Positions 41,102 through 54,700 of a DNA stretch of 64,000 nucleotides are shown here, piece after piece. The position numbers and the translations under genes are program-made. The notes below the pieces were generated by a model that was not told the DNA's origin, searched no databases, and saw nothing but the letters and a program-made list of their open reading frames with translations. The stretch is from Balanoglossus misakiensis (taxonomy: Eukaryota; Animalia; Hemichordata), in contig CM082589.2 of the NCBI GenBank assembly GCA_040954595.2, positions 2,287,498 through 2,351,497 of the forward strand, in the 5' to 3' direction. Position 1 is the first letter of the stretch. Each line of letters begins with the position of its first letter.

Positions 41102-42779
41102 CATTAACCGTAACAAGAAAAGCCGAACGTTTGAAAAACAAAAGCAAATGTGTGATGTCACAGACGGTATCGTTATAATCGATTAATCAGCTACTCTGCG
41201 AGGGGGTTCCCCGCTATATCGTCACAGCTTTTGAAGCTGTCTTTAGTCTTTGTAATACTTGTACAGTGTTACATACTAGTATTTGCTGTTTACATTTCTA
41301 AATGTACGTACCACAATTTGAGTAGTTAGTGTTTTTAATTAGGCACATTTGAAACTTCATCCGTTCTCATTGATTGAAATTCGTGGGGTGCACGCCGATG
41401 TTTTCCAACAAAAATCTTTTTTCTTCTTAATTGAACAGTATGATGCATCGATGCCACATTGCTATCATCAAATTCGCCCTTAGTGGTCGCGCATTTGCAT
41501 TTAGCAGACCGGGTGATTTGTTAGTTTTCATTGTCTGTGATCAAAATCATAATTATTTCATTGGGTAGCAAGTTTATTTAACATACTTGTTTTGAATAAT
41601 TTAAAACAGTGCGCCTCTTAACAGCACGCGATTTTTTAATTATTCGTACAATTAAAGCTCATTTATTTCTAGTATAACTTGAAGTTGTTTGTTTGGCTTT
41701 AATTGTTGGAGTTGAAGCCAAATGAACTGATGATAAAAATATTTTTTGAAATTCACGTTAGAATTTTAAATTAATTACTAAGCATTACTCAGACGTCATC
41801 TTCAACATGAATGCGGCGGTGCACAATGATATCATTGCTTCACCCGTTCAAAACTGCATATTTTAAAAGATGTTTTTAAACTTAAAGGGTGTTTTGGATA
41901 TTTTTTTCAACTTTTGGCATTCTGTGAGAACTCTTTTCTGCGGTTCAACGGGGCAACAAACGGACGCGTGCCCGGGGATACGTCGTCTGTAGCCGTGAAC
42001 AACAGGAACAGACAGGAAAAGAACATAAGCGACGGTGGCAAGCGCTTTGTACGCTACATGAACAGATCTCCCCCCCCCCCCTCTCTCTCTCTCTCAACAC
42101 TAACAACACGTAAACCTAGAACCGATGAGTATTGACGTGAAAAATGACGCACAATCTATCATCTACATGTATTTATTTTCAACAAGTTCTATAACGCAAC
42201 CCTGCTGTAAACATGGCCATCACCGACTTGAAGTGACGTCAGTCCAAAATGGCCTCCGGAGCACCTGTAGGCAACCAGGTGACATATTCTCCTGATATAC
42301 AATACCCGTATATCTCTTATTAAACATACGTTATTTACTCGGGGAATGGGCGTCAAATTATCACCATATATTTACAGAGTTCATACACGACAGTATGCTA
42401 GAAAACACGATTAGTTTAGATTTTCGCTGCCATATACATGTACGTGAATCTCGGGGCCTCAGCGATGTTTGGCGAGATTCTCGCAACATTGGCCACACAG
42501 AAGGCAATTTCTTTCAGATACACGATTATTGGGGAAAAGCTTCTGCCCCGAGCTATTGGATCATAGACAGATGGCGAAAGAAGATTTGGCCAACCGCACT
42601 AACTCCTTTTATCTACTCAAAATGTTTCACAAATATCCATGTTTTGTTTGCGATGGTCTGTCTGTCTTGTTTTTGTCGCGTCTCTGTACAGTCACTGTGA
42701 TGAGTCTGGTCTGGTAAACGTTTCCTTCAAACTTTTCACTTAACGTTTTTGCGTCTGCAATATTATAACACACGCACAT

Positions 42780-42820
42780 AGACAGACAGACAGACAGGCA
42801 GACGGACAGGCAGACAGACG
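42780..42820. repeat. Imperfect (GACA)n repeat
   Basis: Directly visible. Confidence 0.85.
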
Positions 42821-44559
42821 GAGGGTAGACCACTTGAAGAGATTTGTTTTGACGCACAAGGTAAAATGCTGGCCAACTAGTGAAAATACTGCAGGCGCAT
42901 CGACGACTGTGTTCCCATTACGCGACATGTTCTCTCGCGATGCACCCTATAGAAATAGCAACAATGTGAAAGTTAGCTTTGGCGACACGCGAACAGGATT
43001 AGAGCACGTTTATTTCACACCATCGCGGATCATGCGCCCTGAATCCCCATGTGATCTGCTCTTGCCAAATGGCAATTACAAAAGCGTTTTCCCCCGAAAC
43101 AATCCTTACACACCAGGGTACGTAATTTTGAGGCAAGAATCAACCTGGTCCCGACATAAACTTGACGCAATCGACTAAAACCGTCTAGGTAGAAATCATT
43201 TACGTGGGACTTTTTTGCCCGTATTTCAGAAAGATTAGAGTGAACAAGAGGTTGTTAGGGTATTTAAATTCGCCTCCAATGTCAAAGACACAGACGTACA
43301 AATAATTGACTATTAATAGTCTCGTACTCCTGGGCATTGATAATTTCTGGCTATTGCGACGCTCATGAATGCAAACGGTTCGCATCAATATTCACGAGCG
43401 CGACATTGATATTTCAACTTGAACAATATACACTATTACATCTCCAACGTGCGCGAAAATAAGTTTGCAATAAAGGCACAAGCTCTTTTCACACGGGATG
43501 TTTTAATGGCATCTAACCATCGCGTACGGATCGCCGCTGAAAATCTCGCGTAAAGTAGTTTTCACGAAAAATACGCAACATATGCTAGATTATAAATCGG
43601 TGACTGTGGGTCGACAGCCTTCTATTTACTCCATGAATAAAGTCAAGTTTAGTGCTAACAACGTTATAGGATGTTCACCCTAATTGGAATTGATGTTTAG
43701 GGTCGTGTGAAAATGATTTTTAAACAGATTTGTTTCGAGTGGCCATTGGCTAAATAAGTCTATTCTCGGCGTTCTGCCTTGCGAACAAAAAAGCGACCCG
43801 AATCAAATATAAAAAATGTGTGCGAAAATCATCTTTTATCTTGTTAGCTGATCTGCGAACCCAGAATATTTCCTAATGGATTCGACTCAATTAAATGAGT
43901 CTCTGGTTTATGCAAGAACCCATCTCTTGCAGTTATATAACTTTGTAATTGAAACATAGTTATTAAAACGTGTTGCCGAAGTTGCACAAAATGCACCGAT
44001 TTCAAATTTGGTGTAGATGTTTTCTCTCTGTGTACATTTTAAATATCAGCGTTAAGTAGGTCGCATCTTTTCACATGACTAGTCATTGGTCGCGAACGCT
44101 GTGTTTATTTCCGTTCCGTTCAGGAGCACAATCCACGGCGCAATACAGGTCGAAGTGTGGTGACATCATAGCGGCAACAGCAGAAAAGTAAAAAAGAGAA
44201 TCGCGTTTTCTTTAATTTTAAAACTAATTGTGTCAGATTGTGATCAGATCGTTCCAATTTGCCTGTGATCTTTTTAATGTATTTGTTTTCTTCCATTGAA
44301 TTTCGACACCTATTTTTGTCGGGGCCAGTTTATTTGCACAACCATAATAGCTACAAATCTGGGTATGACTGGCCTTATCAACGATTAACATCACTTAGAC
44401 GCTGGGATCATCGCCACCCTCACACTTTGTGAGAGAGAAAAAACCGACAGAGCGCTGTAATAAGTTAAAAGCACGTCTTCTTTGATGAATTGGGGTAATT
44501 TTCCCATGAAATTACAACTTTCCTCCCAAATCCAACGCAGATTGACGAGGCTTCCGCGA

Positions 44560-45330
44560 CTCTGGGTGGATTCGGTGCGCATGCGCGGCTAACACCTGTT
44601 AGCCCACAAAAGCGCGCGCTTTTGAAACTGCGGAAAGTTTCGCGAGGTGCCCATTCGCTCAGCTAGTTCGTTCTCGCCAAATTTCCCCAACTTTTTCAAC
44701 ATATGGTGTCCCACCACGCCTTTCGGGCACGTGGCCTTTAATGCATAGACACGTGGGGACAAAATTCAACTCTTAGCTGGCTTTTGAGTGAAAACAACTC
44801 CATAGAACTCGCTCATAATAACCTAAGCAAGCAAAAATCGCCCGCTTTCTTGTTTGGTGCTTTTTTCCACCAATCAAGTAAACGAGGCTTCAATTAGGTT
44901 GGGCAACTATGTTAGACAAAGACCATTAGGCTAGTAACAGCACCAAAGACAATAAGGCACTCTCCTATTTGCAGCAAATACATAACCGTGAAAAAAAACG
45001 TATAAGAACCATACAGGCGACTTCCCTTCCGCAATGCATGCTATTAAGATAGAGAGCTGCAAGGAATGAGGCTAGCTTGTGCATCGCATCTGTCGCTACA
45101 AGGTCTTTTTTCCCGCCACCTAGCCAAGGGATACAGGGGCAACACAAAGACAGGAAAACAGAGAACCCCCGCAATCCTTAGAAAAGAACATTTTTGAGAA
45201 AAGAAATCTGTCAGCTTCTTTTTTGGTTAAAGTTTCTCTCGGTGAGAGATCATTGACAGATTGAGATGTGTTGATGAAGCTCTCGTCTGGTTGTGTGCCT
45301 CAGACAGAACACATTCTCTCCTTTCCTCTC
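44560..45330 (+). promoter_or_regulatory. Probable promoter region of the homeobox gene
   Basis: CpG-rich; NRF1-type TGCGCATGCGC 44576-44586, a CCAAT near 44870 and TATAAGA 45001-45007; ATG-free leader starts ~45280. Exact TSS not determinable. Confidence 0.45.
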
Positions 45331-45623
45331 GCGAAGGTAGTTACCTAGAGGTGACGAGACGTCTTGAGCGGTGATTGCATATTGTGATCGAAGAGTCTCC
45401 GGTTTTTCCTTCGAGCTAATCGCAGGAAGAGATCACTGTGACGATTGTTTGGTTTGTTGTGCACTGTCCGGAAAAGAAGGATTCCTCCAATCCGAGGCGA
45501 CCAAGAACTACAAGCAGCACACTCTGGTCCGTGCGCCAGCGACAGGCAATCGCCATAAATCTCTCCCGCGTTTGACAGCCATCGCCGCCCAACTCTTTAC
45601 CTGTGCCGGGGTCTTCAGAGCAA

Positions 45624-45780
45624 ATGTCGGCTTCCTACCCGTTGCCCGTTCAGCCGAACGCCACTACTGCGCCCAACGTGTACCCGCACCTGGGCGCGCA
45701 GGGCTACCCGATGCCGCGCTCCTTCACCACCATGGCCAATATTGGACCTCCGCCGACTTTACGCAACATGCAAGGGCCAG
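45624..45780 (+). CDS. CG11294: Homeobox gene coding exon 1 ([52 protein letters not shown])
   Basis: ATG at 45624, in-frame TGA upstream at 45573, ~345 nt ATG-free leader. Pro/Tyr-rich TF-like N-terminus. Donor CAG|GTAAGG at 45780/45781, phase 1, matches exon 2. Confidence 0.8.
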
Positions 45781-48700
45781 GTAAGGTGAAGTCCCCCCGC
45801 ATTCCCACAACTCTAATAACATGCAACTTTCAGCTTTCCCTGTGCACATTGATCATTTCTATCTTTTGCTTCATCTCGCTACAACATACATTTGCAACGT
45901 CGCCATTCTAAAATGAGACGAAAGACGCCAATCTTTCTACTGCGCAGCCCACGGTTTTGCACCTGAAATTATCAACAAAAACCCTCCCCATATCCCCTCT
46001 ATTTATCTTCGTTACATCATAGTTTCCATGTTGCTTTTTTGGAAATCAAACTGCGATGTCGATCATAATGATGGGCAACTGCAGACTAAATAACGCGGAC
46101 CAAAGTGATAGATACCGCTTTTAACTATTGGCCGCAAAGTTGCCATTCAATCTTCTCGCTTTCTTCCTTTAACAAATCACAAAAGTGACTTTCCTTCTTG
46201 AGTAACTTACATGCAAAAAGTTTTAGGTTAGTTTAGTCACTTTCCAACTTGCCGTAAAATTATCTCTGGTAAGGCTACTTGCATAATCAAATCAACTGTA
46301 AAAGTCGGCAACAAAGGAAAATTGCGTGGTAGGAATTATTTCCCAGATCACAATAAGTCAAAATAAATACATGAAAGGAAATTATGACGGAATATTGCCT
46401 TGACAATCTTGTTTATATCAACTGAGGTAAGAATAATAAACCACGCGTTTCCATCTTAAGTTGAATTAGCGAAGCTCATCAATTAGAGCGGTTGTAGATT
46501 TCGCTTTGAAACTTTATCGCGAAATGGACAATAGGCGAGTGATGAGGTGTTTGTTTACGCTAATTTCTTTTGTACTATTTGCACAACGTCAACGATTAGA
46601 TAGCCCATGGGGGCATTGGGGCTTACTAGTATATACATTACTGTATTACTCCCTTTGCACGAAATGATATCTGTTTAAGCTAACATAAAAGCAAACAGTG
46701 ATTATTGTATACCTGATGTAAAGACATTAATTTCATCTTGTGTGGAGTGTTTAGTTAGAAACCGATCTTTAAACAGAACGGTCGGTTATAACAATTGAAT
46801 CAGTAAACATATCAATGATCAAGGAAAGCCCAGTCGCTGTGCGTGGGTATCAAGTTTTCAAGAAATATTAACGCAATGTAGTGCAATGTGCAATAATGCG
46901 TTATTAGCGTTGTACATATGTGATAAGCACTTACTAACCATTCCCATATGGAATACATAAAGAGTCAGTTGACTCCTTTTAAAATGAAACACTTATTACG
47001 CATTTCCCAGGTCACTCTCTCACGAGGGATTATAATCGATAATTTTTATATAGTTCTGTTATTCTTTATCTCTTTTTTTCAAAATGAAAGCCTTGGTAAG
47101 ACGACTGGGCAGATATTGGAATATTTTGCGTGAGAGCGCCAAGTAGCAGATTTTAACGAATATATTATCATTTCAACGTGTTTGCAGAAGAGACCGTGGG
47201 AGAAGGATAAAGGGAGGGGGTGGGGGTGATTGTTTAAAAGTGAAGACGAGTTTCAACCGTGCCTGGGCGATGTATCAGGAAGTTTTAATTTGACGTTGAC
47301 CGTGGCAACGTCAGTGAACGTGCGTGCATCCTGTTGGCTCGGGGGCAAAGATGAAATCTAGACTCGTCCATTTCCTCGATTATTGAGCGCTGACCACCGG
47401 TACCCATGATGCGTCAAAAACATTGATTAGTGGATACTGTGTGTTCCATTCCACCCGAGGCTAGGTTCTCAACACCGAACGTTTCCCATTTCCTCGCCAA
47501 CGAATAATATCTCTCCGACTGTGTAAGTAACTCGTCGCGAAGGACAGACCCCCGGGGTATTCGAACGACACGACCTTTCCCTCTGGCGCGTGTCAGGCAG
47601 GAAACGCGGCTAAAATGCACTCCCCGTCTAACATTCAGCATTTACAGACTTACGCTTGAATCTACTAGTAATCTGTTGGTCTTGAGTACCAGCCCTTGTG
47701 CCGCCAGTGTTTCAAACAACAATGGCAGCATATTACGGCTATACCACAGATATAAAATCCCGGTTGATGTATTAATCCCCCAGCCTGATTTCATTTAGAA
47801 AATCTTTTGGTACACAATGCCAACCGTGTGTTAGTCAGTCAGTCAGTCAGTCAGTCAGTCAGTCAGTCAGTCTGTATGTGTATCTGTCACTGACTGACTC
47901 ACTGACTCATTGACTCACTCACTCACTCACTCTGTCGTGGGTCGGTCGGTACTTTAACTCAGCTGTCCCGTATTCACAAATTATCCAATAAGGAATATAA
48001 TATGGATAGATATGAATATATTTCGAAATAAATTGATGAGATATACAAATTCATATGTCGAATCTCCGATCGTGCGAATTTTATAAGAGCCGTTTTCTGT
48101 CCACGCGTGCTGACCGCGTCAACACTGATGCCGACACCTCGTAGATGACAAGAAATGCAACTAAAACACTTCCAAATGTCGTTCTTTTTATTGAGCCACA
48201 ATTATGTTCTCATTAGCTGGAACCCTGATCTCGAATTGGAAAATCGGGGCCGCCCTTGCAGACCGTCAAGGGATGCAACAGCCCGGGTTTGAGAACGCGG
48301 AACACTGCTCATCGACGCGCGCTACTGTAAAAGTCCCAAAGCATTCGACACCACGTCGCAATCAAGGAAACCGTGCACATTGTTCAGTCCACGTGATTGG
48401 GAAAATTTAAAGAACCATCATGAACATCGATTTCAACTCCAATTGAACTCTTGCCGGATACGACGGCTTTTTTTCTGTGACTTTCTTTGAACAATGGGTA
48501 TCAGCCAAATTGTGAATGATTAGGTTGTTCTAGTTTTTCAACGCCATAGTTGGAATGGTAACTGTCAATAATATTGTTTATGTCGTGCAACAGGTAAAGT
48601 GTTGCGTCCCTTAAATCTCCTGGTGTTTTCTTTCCATCCATTCAGTCTCCTAACTTCAATCCAAGAAATTATCATTATTTTTCTTGGAAGGCGCGTCGAT

Positions 48701-51700
48701 AGCGGGGAACATCACAGGAATGGAATAAAAAAAACTTCTCATCATTTCTCAAGATTTCACTCAGAAAGCATAGCGTGTCCCCGCTTTTAACTTGTTTGTC
48801 AGTGCAGGTGTAGTTACCGATATTTTACCTAGCTGGAAGATTTCATCAACAAAATGAATTTCAAGTGGTTCGGGTACCGAACGCATCCAGAGCGCGAATC
48901 AATCTTATCCTATTCAAACGACAAAGTACTCGTATCAATGCGGAAGTGTAATAGATTTGAATTCGCGTTTTCTCTCATTCACGCCGAAAATATATTACGG
49001 TTGCAAATAACAAAATCCCGCATACACGCTTTTCAATTTCGCAAATATATTGGCAATATTAATTTTCCGGCACTCGTTCACAAAGTGTTGAAAAATTGTG
49101 AACCTTTCTTCCGTAAGGCGGTTATAACGACCATTGTGTGTTAAATTCAGCGAAGCATTAACGCAGTTTAGCGTTCCCTCTTCGCCCGCTCATACACGCC
49201 AGTACTTTGTAAAGCTTTTCCGAAATGGGATTTTTTTAGGTAATATATTTCTGATGTTCCCTACAAAAGACACTGCTAGCTCCGGGCTCTTATTTGTCTG
49301 TGCTTTAAGCAATTTCTCTCAACAAATCTTTTTTTCTTCTCGGCAACTACACTGCATCTGTGGCTGTCATGTATGTATTCCCACTTGCGCAAATGTTTCA
49401 GAACCAAGAAGAAAACTGCACAAACAACTCACTTAAACTCTATTGACCTACAGTGATAGAAACTTCATTCGTGTTGAATAGAAGCGTTGTTTTGTTGTGT
49501 AAAACAAACAGAACAAGTTGTCGTGCGTAGTTTTAAAATGCTGATAAAAATATAAAAAATGTTACTGAGACTGCCACTCAACCTACCGGGACGAAAATGA
49601 ATAAGAATGGTCAAGTCTCATCCGAACAACCCACAGAATTGCTTCGAGCTAAACAGGACGTAAGTGTCGACGTGACTATCGTTCAACGTCATAGCATTAT
49701 TCACTCTGTCTCTTTCATAAAAGGGAGTCCTCTTTGAATAGGGGCATGTTGCTGAGAGACGAGAATACAAGAAAACACCATCTCCTCCCTGCAGCTACAT
49801 GTATATCCTTCGATCCGCAATGGCTAGAGCATAATTATCAGTTTCTGGTTTAACGCTCAGAAGGCCAGTCGCTGACTTGCAACGCTGCTAATACTGACTA
49901 AGGCACCGGATATGGTGGCCGAATACATCATTAACTCAATACATTGGCCTTTCACGTGACGCACAGTCTTTGGTGATGATTCCATTCTGTTTACGTCAGA
50001 TAATTTATTCCAATTTCAATTTTTATAAAAGCCGTGTGCCTGTCTTAAACATAAGTTGGTCAGGTGTAATGGCGTTTTTCTATTCTGCCGTATGTAATGG
50101 TTTCTCTGTGTCATAAAACACCAAGACAATCTTTATCTCAAATCAGAAATAGCAGTCTGCGTGTTGTTTTCTCATTACTACCTGGAAAAAGGATAGACTT
50201 CTACTTTCGATAAAAAATGTTTTGCTTTTCTTATTTCCTGTGATATTGCGTTTGCTGCAATATTGTTTATAATTTTGACAAGATGTCTCTCATCGTTCCT
50301 AATTTGAATAACGAAATCATTACAGCTAAAGAATATCGCTACTTAAGTAATCACTTTTCGATTTTTTTAAAAAGAAAGAAAGCGAATGACAACACAGCCA
50401 TTAACCGAACAAACCCAGCCAGCAGCCAATCGGGAGCTCGCTATTATAATGGAAAGTGCGTTTAGGCGATTATGTGATTCAACTAGAGAGAGGCCTCCGC
50501 GTGAGGGCGCTATGGGTTATAAAAAGAGACCTGATGCTCCCCTGGTTGGGAAGACACTGCGGTTTTTGGGTGTTAAGGGGTAACGTTAATTAGTGTCGAT
50601 TACGACGAGTCAATATCCGTTGTCCCAAGTGTGCGAACTGAGTCCAGAGAGAGAATAGAAACCAGCCATGCACGTGGAAAACCAACGGACGAACCCGACC
50701 ACAAGTAAGGCTTCAGAAAGAAATTTCATTTCTTGACTTAGTTTTATTTTGACAGCAATCGTAAATGTAGAATTTCTGTGGGTGGGTGAGACAGGCGGGG
50801 ATGATACGTTAATCCGTGACCACCAGCAAGATAATCAGAAAACAAAGAAAGCCTTGCTGAGCGATATTGATACGTGTAACATGTCTATCTACTATTCGTC
50901 AGCAACGTTCACACATTTTAAATACTTTGTTTCAGCCATCTTAAGAAACGCACAATTTCTTATAAATACATCCCCGGGCGATTTAGGAGTTTAGTATCTG
51001 AATCTGCAAATTTTGCAGGTTCCTATCGTTTATCGCAGAAATTTAAGCAACTTTTTAACTTCCTATTGTTAGACTAGAAATTAAAACTGCTATTTATCGG
51101 CATCTCACGTGAAATGTGATTAAATGACAATCGTTAACAAATGTAACAGATTATGATCATGATAGTTATTGAGGATACAATGTCGCTTGTAATCAGAATA
51201 TCACAAGAGATTACAATGAAAATTTAATGACATCTGATATTTGAACAGCTTATATGACTGTAAAAACACATATGTACCTGTCTACACTCTGCTTTTGGGC
51301 TGGGATACAAATATTTTTGCAAGACGTTCCTCTGTAACATCTCTGCATGCATTTAACGAGATAGCTTGCTCGGTCACAGCGGCTGAGAAGTCTGGAGAGC
51401 CGTTCTCCTCGTCACCGTTCTATTATGCAGAGCCGATCCACTATCGAAGCTCTCAATCTCGGTAAAACGTCTCCAAATGCGACCTTAAATTAACAAAATT
51501 CATTTAATTAATGCACACAAAGTCTATTTTACAGATTGAACTGGGTCCGAGTGAAAGCCCGGCTTCAATCTGAGAGACGCTGACACCAAGTCTTAAGAAA
51601 AATGTAATTACTTTCGCGCTAATGTTACTTTTTTCGGTTCGAAATCGTCAAATCGTCGAATCGAGTGTCATCGTATAGAGTTAGTGAATTTCCTTGATTA

Positions 51701-54700
51701 AGTTGAAATGTACACGCATGTCTTAGAAACGTGACAATATGTCATTGTAATCAGACATGCATGCATGGTACTGCGAGTTACACATAAAATGATTCTATCA
51801 CTTTTGCTTGTTAAACATGTCCATTTAATTTCATGAGCATCTTTCGCTCGGTGTACGCGGGGCTCGGCGTCGCATTGGAGAAGCACCAAGTCGTGTTAGT
51901 CCGCTGATAGTAAATATTTTGAGTAAGTCATTTTAGGATCACTAGGGTTCGTGGCTGTGTCCATATCACGCCGAGTACTGACTCCTATTACCGGGCGATT
52001 TGGTGCCGTGACGAAGGCGTGTCTCGGGACAACACAACTCAACAGAAACGGCGTGTCACACACGAAACAAAAACGCACGATCCCACAAGATGATAGAAAG
52101 CAAAGAAAAGATAAGCGATTTTTTGTTCATGCGCTATCAATCATATGTTATTGAGCTGATTATCGTATCGATTCTTTTTCAAGTTTAATGCGTGCACATT
52201 GTTTAACTTAAATTCAATCGAAATTTGAAATTCGTTTTCTTAAAGTTGGTGGTTAATCTGAAGCTATATGCGTCAATATGAATTCTAAACGTGATAATTT
52301 ATTCAATGATGTGACTGCTCTTTCGAATCCGAGTGAGTGAGAGCCCACACACGGCCTAAAGTAAACATACATGGACCACCATTGCCGCGTAAGCACTTTA
52401 AAAGCGCTAAGAGAAGAGAATGGTTTCAGAACGGGAATAATAGATGTCCCTATAGAAGAGTGTCGCGAACACCAGGCAGTGATTGTTCACAATGGACCCA
52501 TCGACACTCCGGAAAATACTAGCACGAGCAATCACTGTTTTACGACACCCATGACAACAGCTGGCAAATTCGGTCAAACCGCGCGCTTGACGTTTAATAC
52601 CCGGATGTTAATTGGCTCAGCACTACTGGGATCTCCGGGCGACTGTCAAAGTTTGCAGATTGGTGTTCAACTTGAAAGCAGGTATTGAGAACATAGCAGA
52701 AAATGTAAAAAAAGTCTAAAGAATATAGAGCGTAAAGCTAACGGGAAAGCATTGACTAAATGTCTGCCGACGGACAGATAACCAACAGATTACCTAATTA
52801 CAATATCGCTTTACGTACAAGTTATTATTCAAACTTAGTCGCCCGCTCTTCCCGTGGTCTATTTAAGTGACCGTGTGTATACAGCCACCAAAGCAGAACA
52901 TCAAACTCTCTAATGTCTCCGTTGTGTTTTCCTTAACTTATTTCAACTGATGAGTTTTACTTTGGCATCAGAATCGGGGCGATGGGCTTAATTATATGGG
53001 AATCAAAAAAGGGTGACCCGAGCCTGCACTGGGCTCGCATTATGCGATGAGTTCCCTTGCCTTATCTACATATCGATTCATCTCCGAAATTCTGTTCATA
53101 TCAATTCCAATAACTGTAAGTGAAATGGACACACGTCAAAAAGGGGGCTATTGTTAGCGTCACTTTCAATTGCCGGGGACATATCAGCCCTCGATCGGAA
53201 GAACTATCAACGAAATTGACAATTTCTTTTTTTGTGTCTGTGAATTTTATTCGACTTTTTTCCAAGGGACGGATGCAGGCAGTGTCGGCGCATGTCGCCG
53301 TCGACGTCAAAGCGATGCCCGTGGTAAACATCTGTACTCGGCGCATCGAAGCGAATTAGATGCATAGATTTGTACAACTAATCATTAACGGCAAACATAT
53401 GCTTCAATTTATCTCTTTTCCAGAGTTTAACAGGGGCAAGTTGATTTTTGTCATTTCACTTGATTTCGAAAGAAAGGCACGGCATCGCGTTTATACTTGC
53501 ACACGAATAAACATGCTGTGCATGTTTGTTTTCATCCTATTATAGGTTGGCATTTTGTGGCCCTAAATTTCCCAGTGTTTGGGGAAAAACATTTCGCGTT
53601 TTTGTGGTACGATCGCACGTGTCCACAGTACACTGCTTCGGGTTAATAGTCGATCCCTTTATCCTGTACAGACCAGAACGAATTCTCTGCAGGACATACC
53701 CGAACCCTACATTTGGCAGTTTGTAAAAGTTTGTCTGATTTAGATGCGTTTGGCGGCGAGCGATACGACGTGGCGCTACTGAGCGTACGGCTCTGAAAAT
53801 GTAAAACTTGTGTTCGCGTTCCGGTACTATCACCGTGTCTCATTCTGTCACGTTGAACCGTTCAATTGCTTAGCAGTAGACGGAAAAAATTATAAGGCCT
53901 ATCATTTTATTTTATTTCCGATTTCTCAGTCGGTGTTACAGCATACGATCGGTATTAATTTCAGTGCAATTGAATTAAACAAGTAATGCCCACTCAAATC
54001 TGATCTTAATCAAACCCAATATGTTGAACCTATACTTTCAACGCTAATATCATTCAGGAGGACGGGTTGGTGATTGTGACTTGACGAGGCAATCCCGCGC
54101 CTGCCTGCCGCACATGCCCGCGTTTGAGTCGCGCGAACTATTTCCCCGTTCGCCCGTCTCCCGATCCCGCGATCGGAGGCTGCATTTAACGAAACAGATG
54201 GTCCTTTAAAACGAGATTCTGAACACTGCCTACAGAGAAATATTGCCTGCGAATGGTGTTGGGAACAAGGTACAATGGAGACAATGAGGTGCCCCTGCTG
54301 CGATGAACATAACTCTGCCGTAATTTGAGCTTTGTTGTTGGTTTTTCCTGCGTTATTTATAATTGTCGCATGAAGGGCGCTCAAGCCTCGTTTCTGGTCT
54401 TATTTACCGCTCATTGCGGAGAACCTGAATGAGGTGGTAACCAGTAGAAACAACGCGCCCCTTTCCTTCTCCGCGTGCTTTGTGGAGATTTTTTTCACCA
54501 TTGTGTGTTTTTCTCCCTCTTTCTCACACACAATGACTTCTGTACATGTAAGTACCCTAATGAAGCGTAAAGTCAACAAGACATGTCATGTCCTTTAAAG
54601 GCCAAATGAGGCCTCCAGAGATGATGTAGACCACGCAATGATCAGAATTTTAAGATAAAATTCTTGAGTCCTGCACTTCATAAATTCACAACGAGCTACC

